A DNA stretch of 63,427 bases, the filler included, from Collodictyon triciliatum (lineage: Eukaryota), in the NCBI GenBank assembly GCA_043381765.1. It is 4 parts of 4 records of this genome, joined end to end, with 100 filler letters (N's around TTAATTAATTAA, not from the genome) between each part and the next. Parts side by side here need not be neighbours in the genome. Positions count along the whole stretch, not along the records: positions 39,634 to 55,053 come from JBHJMP010001675.1; positions 55,154 to 63,427 come from JBHJMP010001694.1; 2 more parts are not named here. One strand, written 5' to 3'. Made by a program: the position numbers and the translations under genes. Below are positions 51,901 through 63,427 of this stretch, piece by piece. The first letter of the stretch is position 1. Each line of letters begins with the position of its first letter. The notes under the pieces were generated by a model that saw nothing but the letters and a program-made list of their open reading frames with translations, searched no databases and was not told the DNA's origin.

Positions 51901-54712
51901 CATATGTCATCCCTATCGCACGACTGCACACACCACATGCATTAAGATCGTTTAATAAAAGGTTCATAGGTAAAGAAAAAGACGCAGGAGCAAAAGGCTG
52001 ATAAACACAACCAAAGAGATGTATAGGGTGATAGCAGAAGAAAAAAGAAAAAAGAAAAAAGAAAAAAGAAAAAAGAAAAAAGAAAAAAGAAAAAAGAAAA
52101 AAAGAAAAAAAGAAAAAAAGAAAAAAGCTACTGGAGCTATGGTAAGTACATCAACAAATGCCTGTCTAAGTTTCATCCCCATGGAATATAAGAAAATAAT
52201 CGCATCATAAACCCCTCACTCACATTGGCTCCTTGTCTTTACTCAGCACTCCAAAGTAAGACAGGAATGGAAAGCACGAGTCCTCTCCTATTGCCTGTGG
52301 TAGTGGTCATCCGAATATTGTTATACAAAGCCAAAACCGTAAGCTGAACTTCGCAGAAGTTTTAAAATAAAAATCATAGATCACAAATTATAAATGGTAA
52401 ATGACAACAATTGCGAATGCATGAACAAGAAACATAACCATGGATTCGAATCAAGTAAAGCCATCTATTCAATAATTTCCATTCTTTTTCTAATAATGTC
52501 CAGCACATCCTCAAAAAGATATGCCCATAAAAACTTGCGCAGTGGCTATATGATTGAATATGTACCTGTAAAATCTTTGCAGTTCCTACTTTTCCGCCCA
52601 AAGCAGAGGAGAATGTGCTGCACATCGTGCCGATAAAGACGATGATGGGAAGAAAGCATGACTCCTATCGAATCATGAGTACTGTCAGTAACATTAATAC
52701 ATGATATTATATGTGAAAGTCATTTAATTAGCTTGTCTTCGTTAAGGTCCACTGAATGGCTTTTATTAGCTGAGATGATGATTGGCAATCAACATGTGTC
52801 TCAAGAGACATACTAATGGGCTGGGTTGCATATTTTTCATATACTCCCTGGTCACAATAAAAAACCTGGAAGGAACGGTAATTTGTTCGAAGACACACGC
52901 GGTCGATGGACATAGCCATAGAAAACGTGATGGAACAATAAGTGAGAAACATAGTGAGTATGCCAAGAAAAGTGCCTTTCGGGATGGAATGTGATGGATT
53001 CTTCAGATCCCCAGACATGTTCGCTCCTGCAGGAAATCCTTTGAAAAAAGCTGTAATTAGCCAGCGGAATACATTAAGAGCAAAATTTTGGGCTTTAATA
53101 AAGAATTTAATCACCAGTAGTAGACGCATAAACGATTGCAAAAACAGAAATCCATCCTATATTTGTGGGGCAGTCGTCAACATCCTCGCAATTATAACCA
53201 GGTTTCCTTGAATCACAAATAGATAAATTCAATATCTAGTTAGGCCCTGTCTTTCATCTTGATCTTAATATCCGTTTGGCACTTTCACCTGCTAAATATC
53301 TTAATGTCTTTTAGATTAATATCTTGATTCTAAGCAACAAATACCAGTTGTCGGAGAGTGTGTCATACGACGGTCCTACGAAACCTCGTCCATCACAGTC
53401 GTCCAGTTCTTTATCTTTTCCGAAATATAAGCTGGCTATACCGACCGTAATGGCAGTCATGATTCCAAAGAATGTGTATACAGATATTTCTGCAAAGAAC
53501 TTGGTTCCAAGGAGTCCTAAAACCAGTGCGAGCAGCAGTGCCATACTCGCTACAATCACGTTATCCCACCTGATATGTATCAAACCTTACCAACGCACGT
53601 ATGTTGCATTTACGAATCTTCAATATTGATATCACACGTTCATGATTTGTGCTAAAATCTAAACGTTACGTGTCTCCTCCATCAACTATATCTACATTAT
53701 ATGTGTCCACAACAGCATTCGATAGACCAAGGCACACACACGAGACGCCTATTGTCCTTGAAAGGTAATACTGGATTCCGATGGACCCTCCCAGCTCAGG
53801 CCCTGGTTGGGAACGAGTTAAAGAGACTATCACTAATTTTGGAAAGTTTGCTTCCATTTGAAAGTATGTAATCTTGTCTGAAATATCTCAAAATAAAATT
53901 GTGCATATTTTTTTCCATGCGTGATTGTATGTGTATGAGTATGTGCGTGAGAATGTGTGAGATTATGTGTGTGATTATAATCGCATACCAAGAGTTCTGC
54001 TGATGAAGTAATACACCCCGCCTCCTTTGGAGCTCCCGTTGGTAACAATCGCACTCATAGATATCGCTGCGGTCATCGCAACAGCTGTTCCCAATAGAAT
54101 CATAAGAAGGGCTCCCAATAAGCCTGCCTGTTTGATCAATCAACCTTTTATATTTTAAAAAGAAATTGGAAACGTTTTTGATTTTGTTGCATATTGATAA
54201 AATTTCGGTCTCAAGGTCATAATAATGCCTTCAGGAATGACAAGAATCTTGGTCAAGTAATCCAAGATATTCATCACTACTCTATCTCTTGAAAGATAAG
54301 AATTCAAATAAAATGAAGCATTACCTGCCCCACTGCAAAACCCAGTCGCAAGAAAACGATTACTCCGAAGATACCGTTGCACGTGGGCACATAGACTCCA
54401 AGGAATGTTCTGTCATGCGGAAATAAGTGTAAATGATAGAGCGTGCATGTTATTTTTTCAAGTTTCGGTATCCTTGTCTTTTTCAGTCAGAATAAGTTGT
54501 TTTTTCGGTATGTCTCTTGAAAAAAAAAGGAGTTGAACTAGAAAATATATCCACCCTAGGTTGCGGCCTTGTGGCACAAGGAATTCGTTCTCTTCACCCT
54601 CTAGCTCGTTGTCTTGAATTGAACCATACGATAAAGCTGGTGATTTCAGAGGCACGTGTCCTCTGTTTTGAGGTCGGCTGTTTGGAGAGCGAAAGATGTG
54701 CTCTGCTGACAT
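48953..54712 (-). CDS. Cation-chloride cotransporter, SLC12 family (SLC12A9-like), multi-exon
   Basis: [122 protein letters not shown], terminal VVTTEL. Confidence 0.92.
49663..49713 (+). mobile_element. Second micro-insertion (TTGAGTCGAATAAAGGAAA) with a degenerate 16-bp target-site duplication, in an SLC12 intron
   Basis: AATATTCTCGATGTCT (49663-49678) and AATGTTCTTGATGTCT (49698-49713), 14/16 identical. Confidence 0.5.
52037..52127 (+). repeat. Intronic (AAAAAAG)n repeat
   Basis: Directly visible. Confidence 0.9.
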
Positions 54713-54839
54713 GCCTGGTGCAAACGAGACAAATTGGAGGCAGCTGTGACGTTTCTTACTATTTCGATAGACTTAGCTCTGGGTGGTTTTTTCTTATTGC
54801 TCACTGTTTCTTTTGTTGTGTTGGCTTTTATTCTGTTCG

Positions 54840-55053
54840 GTTTTCTAATTTTTTTTGTTCTTCGTTTTTTTTTGTCGTTTTGTTATTTTTTTATTTTTTT
54901 TTGTTTTTTTGTTGTTTTTGTGTTTTTAGTTTTTTAGTTTTTTTTGTTTTTTTGTTGTTTTTGTGTTTTTAGTTTTTTTTGGTTTTTTTGGTTTTTTTGG
55001 TTTTTTTGGTTTTTTTGGTTTTTTTTTGTTTTTTTTGGTTTTTTTTGTTTTTT
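54840..55053 (-). repeat. T/G-rich low-complexity tract (A/C-rich on the sense strand) upstream of SLC12
   Basis: Directly visible. Confidence 0.9.
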
Positions 55054-55153
55054 NNNNNNNNNNNNNNNNNNNNNNNNNNNNNNNNNNNNNNNNNNNNTTA
55101 ATTAATTAANNNNNNNNNNNNNNNNNNNNNNNNNNNNNNNNNNNNNNNNNNNN
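55054..55153. other. Artificial scaffold-joining spacer
   Basis: N44-TTAATTAATTAA-N44. Confidence 0.95.
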
Positions 55154-55189
55154 TATATATATTTATTTCTAAAACATATATACTCTCTA

Positions 55190-55190
<1 letters not shown>

Positions 55191-55243
<53 letters not shown>
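55191..55243 (+). repeat. (CA)n microsatellite at an intron donor
   Basis: Directly visible. Confidence 0.95.
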
Positions 55244-55245
<2 letters not shown>

Positions 55246-57228
55246 GATAGCAATTCTTGAGGATGTCGATGTATTGTTTCTCGCTCAAAGCCAAATCCCG
55301 AATCAACATATTGCGAGGAATAAGTCCAGATTTTTCTATTTTTATGGGCGCATTTTTTTTAAATATATATATCTTGAGACAATATGGCATTATGAAGCAT
55401 CACAGTTAAAAAAAATTCAAGTAAAAAAGAGAAAATGTAAACGGATTCATAATACAACACTGAATGGCGTTAGTTACTTAATTGTTCAAGTCTTCTCCTT
55501 TCCAATTTTGCACCGTACTTGTGCTCAACTAGTTTTACAGCTCGCTTCAAATTTTGCTCATTTAAGACTGCTTCCACTTCAAATTGAATCTGATGCTGCA
55601 TTCCAAATATCATTTATTTATTTTACTATGAGTGCTATTTAATTGATCAATTCACTTTACTCAAAATGAATCTTGGCATCATTGAACTTTAACGGAGCTT
55701 GATAAATTATATAAATTTTGTGTTTATAGTTCTAAAAAGTTGACAAAGAGAATGGATAGGGTTGGTTGTAGCGAATGAATTTGATAAATATATACCAGGT
55801 GACGAATCTGATCTTGGTCAAGGAGCGAGGGTTTACTCTTTCGAAGTTTGCTGATGTATCCTACTGCATCGTATATCTTCTCAGAGTCCAAATCCATTGA
55901 TCGTAGAACAAATTTTAATATTTTCTCGATGGATGGTGTCAAGTCCTGTATATTGATATGTGCATTTTAATAGCATACACTTAAAAAGATAGATGTATTC
56001 AGGCTATTCATACCGCTCTGATATATTTCACATTGATTATAAATAAACAAGCGTGAAAAAAATCACCACGGAGTTTCTTGCCACATCGATTCTACTCTGC
56101 TCTCGTCCTGTTTTTCGAGGAAGCATGGAAAAGACAGGAATAGAGAATGAAGGTTTCACATTATCCAAAGAGCTAATCACTTCTCCGTCCGATTTCTCTA
56201 TATATACCATCGTCAGTCCCGTATCAACTCCAGTTTCATTTAACAAAAGCATGTTCATGCGTAATATGCGTGAAAGAACTTCAAAAAAAAAAAAGTAGGA
56301 AAATAAGTGAAAAACTCCAAATATTCCCCTTTCTTTATTTCTTTTTTTTCTTTCATGCCATTGCCCTCCAAAAAAAACAAAAAAACTACGATTGATATAG
56401 TAACATCAAATCAATCAGATAAACACGAATCCACCAGCAAGTCAACTCACTCAAATCCAAAGGAAACAGGCTCGAATACATAGCTGCGTTTGCGGACGCA
56501 CTGTGCTTCCTCATTGGACTCTGAAGCACCGAATTCTCAACTGGCGCATCCAATCCTTCCACTTGCGCACCCAATCCTTCATCAGGCGCATCCAGCAGGC
56601 CTGCATTCTTTTCCGGCAACTTCTCCGCAGCAGAGGACTCGCCCGGACTCGCTTTGCTGGGCGTGCTTTGCGGAGTCTGCAGCTGCCCGGCCGACCGGCT
56701 GAAGCGGGCCAATGCGAGACGGTCGAAAGGCTTTGGCGCGACCGGCGAGTGCGCGAGACTCGATGCCGGGCGGCCCGCATTCCCCGGCGACGAATCCTCA
56801 AACGTAACCGTCGGCCGCGGCTGCATTGGACGGAGCAGTTTCGGGTCTGGACTGTCCAGAAGCAGCTGCGATTGGCGCTGAGTGTGTGCGGCCGAGGGCG
56901 GCGCGTTTGCGGGCGACTTTGGCACGGGGAGGGCGGCGGTGCGGGGCGATGTTTGGGCCGCGGCGGTGGCGGTGGCGGTGACGGCGGCAGCGGAGGACGT
57001 GCGCTTCATGCGCGGGGATGCGGCAGTGGCGGTCGTGGCGGCGGTCGTGGCGGTGGCGATGCTGCCGAGTGTGGCTGTGCGGCGCGTGCTGCCGAGTGCG
57101 GATTCGTTGCGGCGGTGGAGATGGTCCCGCTCTTCGTGGAAACACAGTTTGCAGACCGTCGGTCGGTATATGTTGTTTTCGAAGCCTGTGCAGCTGCAGT
57201 TGAATTTGCTGCATACGTTGCGCAGCAT
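55244..57228 (-). CDS. Partial Dbl-homology RhoGEF-like protein with an N-terminal Cys/His motif; 3' truncated at scaffold end
   Basis: N-terminus CSKFNCSCTGFENNIYRPTVCKLCFHEERDH, an Ala/Pro/Ser-rich linker, spliced exons, then RNMLIRDLALSEKQYIDILKNCYQ resembling DH helix 1. Confidence 0.6.
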
Positions 57229-57249
57229 TCCTGCTGGTGTGTTTGTAAG

Positions 57250-57642
57250 TTGTTGTTTTGCTTTCTTTGGTTTTTTTTGGTTTTTTTTTTGGTTTTTTTT
57301 TGGTTTTTTTGGTTTTTTTTGGTTTTTTTTGGTTTTTTTTGGTTTTTTTTTGGTTTTTTTTTGTTTTTTTTGGTTTTTTTTTTGTTTTTTTTTTTTTTTT
57401 TTTGGTTTTTTTTGGTTTTTTTTGGTTTTTTTTTGGTTTTTTTGTCTTTTGTCATCTGTCTTTTGTCTTTTGTCTTTTGTCTTTTGTCTTTTGTCTTTTG
57501 TCTTTTGTCTTTTGTCTTTTGTCTTTTGTCTTTTGTCTTTTGTCTTTTGTCTTTTGTCTTTTGTCTTTTGTCTTTTGTCTTTTGTCTTTTGTCTTTTGTC
57601 TTTTGTCTTTTGTCTTTTGTCTTTTGTCTTTTTTTTTTTTTT
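57250..57642 (-). repeat. (TTTTTTGG)-like and (TTTTGTC)n repeats upstream of the RhoGEF-like gene
   Basis: Directly visible. Confidence 0.95.
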
Positions 57643-58325
57643 TGCTGCATATCTGCAACTGCTCTGTACGCTGACCCCAACGACGATGCTGTCACAGAGT
57701 CGATTGCTGCGAAGAAAATCATGGTTTCAATGGCAAGTCTTCGCGTTGCTGATTCGCGGGTGGGCGATCCAAAGACGAGCTTGTGGTTTTGTATGTCATT
57801 TAACTATATGTGGAATGTAATATGTCCTTCGTTCTGGCCATGTCTGCTGTCTTTGTGCCCTTCAGACACATTTGTTTTTGGCGGGGTGACAATCACCACA
57901 GTAAGGGGCGAAGGTAGTAGAATAGGCATGGCCAGCAGGGGATTCTTTTCACTTTCAATTTTGCGCAGGATGGTGGAGATGTTTGCTTTGGTTTGGTAGC
58001 CATCGTTTTCATGGACGCTACTTGGTGGCCGGGTGGCGGAGAAGTAGTCGGTAATCAGGAATTGCATCCTGCGGTTTGGCTTGTAGCCTGGCTAGCAGGA
58101 GATTAAGAAAATTCGTTGCATAGTCATATATACAACGACATAGCCTCATTGAAATGGTGCGTATCGGTATCATTATTGGCCTCTCATTTTTATTTGTCCA
58201 TGCCATTTTCTCATTTTTGTTTTATTTTGTTCTTTTTTTAAAAAAAAAAATTAAGAAGGAAAAATAATTGCTGATGAGATTTTATTAATAAAATTCTTAT
58301 AACTCCGGGTGTAGATAAAAAAAAA

Positions 58326-60124
58326 TCATTTGAAAGGAACGGCGTCTAGCTCTTCCCATAAATCTGGTATCTTTGATTCGAGTGATAGCTATGAAATAAA
58401 TTTAATTATAAAAATAAAAATAAAAAAAGGCATATAATGCCGAATGATGGCGAGATAGACAAAAAAAATTGCTAGCAGATTTTTCATTCATCACACCTTT
58501 AAAAAAATTGTATGTAGTGTGTTAGACAGAATCAAAAAAATATTAGGTGTTTTATCTTGCTTATTCGAAACCTCTTCTGTATTTGGCTTGGTAAACGATT
58601 GTCTTTCTTCCGAAAGATTTTGTATTGATTCTTGTACAACCCGGTGAGTTTCGTAGGCTTTTTGCTGAATTGATGACAAGTTCCTTTTAAATGTAAATAG
58701 ATGTTTAGATTAGGCCCCACATATCCTCCGGAATAAATGTCAATTTTTGCTAGTGGTTTTCCTATTCCAGGGTATCGGTGAATCATGTTTGTATCCTGAT
58801 ATAATGCAGGCGTGCTTTTGCATGAATAAGTAAACAAGGAACCTTTGATTGTTGGCTAATAATGAATTAAGTGAAGACTCTTGCTGCTTCATGAAATTTA
58901 GGATATATTCCCTTGCCTATTTACATGGTGGAGGGTAAACATATTAATCGAAGATGGCGTCATGTGATTGCTTTTGAAGCCAAAAGTATGATAATAGGCT
59001 ATGTATGGATGAATCCATATTAATGCCCACATTGTAATTTACTGGTTGATTATTTTATTTTATTATATTATATTTCATATTTTAAGGTTTTACTTTATAT
59101 TTTATATGATTTCATTTTTACCAAAATATCAAAGCATTTCTACGTGTAATATAAACACCCTAAACTCACCATGTGTGGAACGAACGATACCAAGTGATGA
59201 AAAGTGGTTTGAAAAAGAAGTTTCAGATTTTCTACTCTCTCAGGTACTGACTCTGGGTTCAGTTCTAAGGCTTCCAATATTTCAAGATACTGAAACATCA
59301 TGCTTCGATTTAACTTGAGAAGTTCGGATCGAATATCTTTTGTTATGGAATATAAAATCTAATCAATCAACTTGGATTTGGGACTGCATCTCGTATATAC
59401 ACTTGGTGTGTGGATATTGACACTTCTTAAACGGAAATGGTAGCAAGCTCTTCATAAGTCAAATATTGCATATAAAAATTTTTGTTTGCGCTTTACTTTT
59501 AAGTTTGTGTTCAAAATATGATGTGATAGATACCTTTCTCTGTCATCGGAATCACATTTGGTGGCTTGGGTATTGGGCTGTGTAACTATAATGGTGTATT
59601 TGCTATCAGAATAGACATTAATCTGATATGAAAGTACATTACACTTTTTCCACTATAGTTGCATTATATAAATGCATAAAATAAAAGAACGATTGAATAT
59701 TCCACAGTGTTTTGTATTAATTAAACATGATACAAGAGTGCATCATCCATTTATGATAAGTTAAAATGAATCCAACTTAATTGATACAAGATAAATTAAA
59801 AATATAAAGCCAGATTTTCTTGTTAATTTGAGTTTATAAATATCAGCAACATTTAGAAAAAAAATCGCGGTGAGTAAAAGAAATATTAATGTAAGTAAAA
59901 GAAATATTAATGTATATGATGGCAAGAGGCAAACAAAAAAAAAACAAAAAAAAATTTGCATATACCTGCATGTGCTCTCCAAATAAAATATAAATGTCTG
60001 AAGGTGGTGCTGGAGGAGGCAATGGTCGTAGTCGAGAGCCTGCCTGAGCCATACTTGCTGCAGGCTTGGATGGGTCATATTCCTTATATAATTTGTAGTA
60101 AACTGGTGGTTGGAAGATGTCCAT
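58326..60124 (-). CDS. MED7: Mediator complex subunit 7, multi-exon
   Basis: MDIFQPPVYYKLY..LPPPAPPSDIYILFG; DIRSELLKLNRSMMFQYLEILEAL..P....VENLKLLFQTTFHHLVSFVPHM-AREYIL, matching the Med7 pattern. Confidence 0.85.
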
Positions 60125-60401
60125 ATCTTTTGCGGCCCTTTTTGTCTTCTCGTATCTTGAACTCTTCTTCTTGCTATTCTGGTGTCCACGGGTATCTGAG
60201 CTGTTGTTGTTGTTTTTTTTTTTTTATGTATATATAAATGCTTCCTTGACTAAGGTTTTCTCGTGTGTCCTGTGTGAGGTATAAAGCAAAGGCCACATTT
60301 TTACGTTAGTGTCACATTTCCATAGCTATCATAAATATTGATTTTGTTTTGTTGGGAAGACTTTAGGTCTATCATCCTCTCCATTTACATTTCATAAAGT
60401 T

Positions 60402-60832
60402 ATGGTGATAATAACAATACTACGAATGCTAATACAAATACGAGCTAAACCCAATTCTAATGGTGATCATAAGACTATAAATGACAAGGTGTAGACAGTA
60501 GCAAGAAAAAAAAATACATAAGTTGCTTAGAAAAGCGAAGCGTTGCGTAGTGAACTTGAGGATTTGTCTGTCTCGAGTTTCTTTCGGGCGGGTCACCAAT
60601 CTTTTGATCAATCTGAGAAGTGGGATCTGCGAGGTAGGATTTTGTATGTTTGTCTGTTTGGTTTCCGACAAAGTCCTGTTCTGGAAAATTGACTCTTATG
60701 TTCGTGTGTTCAGTCATTCAGTCTATATCAGGTATGATGAGGCAAAAGGCTGGACACTTTGCTCTTCTCCCTTCCGACTGGTGCGACTCGTTTGGGGAGC
60801 GGGGAGGGGTAGGCTTTAGTTTGTCGGGATGA
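60402..60832 (+). CDS. Possible small spliced hypothetical protein
   Basis: Three putative exons join in frame through GT-AG (..TINDK|KSEALRSELEDL..WDLR|GMMRQKAG..); no homology recognised. Confidence 0.2.
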
Positions 60833-60994
60833 ACATCTGAACTGTGCAAGAGATGTTTTGAAATATACTAGGGAACCAAAGTCTTCTGTATAAAATTCAC
60901 AACTGGCTTTCTTATACGATTATCGCTCGCATGACTCCCAAGTACTCGCTTTTTTTGAAAAGATTTATGTATCTGTTTATCTTGATCTTGATCC

Positions 60995-62569
<1,575 letters not shown>

Positions 62570-63005
62570 CCCGAGGCCTTCTTTTAACTCATTTATTTAG
62601 TTTATATCCTGTTTCTTTTTGGTTCGTTTTTGGTTCGTTTGTGTTATTCTCTGTGTTATTCTTTTTGTTTTTCTCTGTGTTGTTCTTTTGTTAATGTTGC
62701 GAATATTGATGACAGAAGCACTCGCCGCCCGAATCGGTTCATTGACAACGCTCCATCAGAAATCTTCATGACCCGCGAAGAACACACACACATACACATA
62801 AACACACAGGCAGAGCGAACGCAGACGGGATGACGAGGAGTGTGTCTGGAGCGTCCCTCATCGGTTTATGTATGGTGTCATTGTTGGGAAAGGAGACTTG
62901 GGTCGGGAAGGAAGGCAGGGCCAAAAGAGCTGGCTGAGCCAGAGAAGCAACAGCGGCTGTGGCTATCTCGCTATTGCTGTGGTTGTGATCTCCTGTACTC
63001 CGTCC

Positions 63006-63218
63006 TTATTTCTTCTTCGCTTGGAGTCCCGAGCCGGCATTGAACTAGTTGTGGTTGCGGGTCATCAGGCGCGGGTGTGAATCAATGCCACAAAATAAAC
63101 ATCGCTTGGCGCGGGTGAGTGAGAGAAAGCGACCAAAGGAAGTCGTACCTTGAAGAAAATAATGTCTCCGTCTTCAACCGTGTATGTTTTTCCTTGTTGG
63201 GTACACTTTCCAGCAGCA
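63006..63218 (-). CDS. OLA1: Obg-like ATPase OLA1/YchF, last two exons (partial)
   Basis: AAGKCTQQGKTYTVEDGDIIFFK|FNAGSGLQAKKK* matches the YchF C-terminal signature. Confidence 0.9.
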
Positions 63219-63329
63219 CTGTTTGTTGTGCGGTTTAGCAGAGTAGTTTTGTCGTCATGTATGAGGTAACCAAATGAAAGAGAGCCATGGTTATAAGCCT
63301 ATGTTTTCTTTTCTTTTTCTTGTGTTTTC

Positions 63330-63427
63330 TTTGTATCTTTGTATCTTTGTATCTTTGTATCTTTGTATCTTTGTATCTTTGTATCTTTGTATCTTTGTAT
63401 CTTTGTATCTTTGTATCTTTGTATCTT
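63330..63427 (+). repeat. (TGTATCTT)n 8-bp repeat, probably in an OLA1 intron
   Basis: Directly visible. Confidence 0.95.

Noticed and set aside
56503-57999. Long plus-strand ORFs (498 and 312 aa), and similar poly-F, poly-I, YV or SL ORFs elsewhere
   Set aside because: Shadow ORFs from a GC-rich antisense exon and stop-free microsatellites or N runs

Overview
AT-rich, gene-dense, intron-rich genomic DNA from a eukaryote, probably a protist; I cannot assign the lineage. It uses the standard genetic code. The window is four independent scaffolds joined by artificial 100-bp spacers (44 N + TTAATTAATTAA + 44 N at 15421-15520, 39534-39633 and 55054-55153). Manual splicing gives: an SK/KCNN-like K+ channel, asparagine synthetase, a giant secreted TMEM132-like protein with an extra cohesin and a bacterial-type dockerin, a histone-fold (Dpb3/CHRAC-like) protein, TFIIIC subunit GTF3C5, a charged protein with a possible BLOC1S3-like end, an NLR-like STAND NTPase (CH-DUF4062-NTPase-TPR-pentapeptide-WD40-Sel1), decayed LINE fragments, a large uncharacterised multi-TM protein, an SLC12 cotransporter, a partial RhoGEF, MED7, an M28 aminopeptidase lacking its catalytic Glu, and the 3' end of OLA1/YchF. 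The most interesting items are the cohesin-dockerin TMEM132-like protein, the NLR-like receptor with HET-E-like WD40 repeats, and dispersed ~20-25-bp insertions flanked by target-site duplications. All family assignments come from motif recognition, not database searches, and exon boundaries were inferred by hand.
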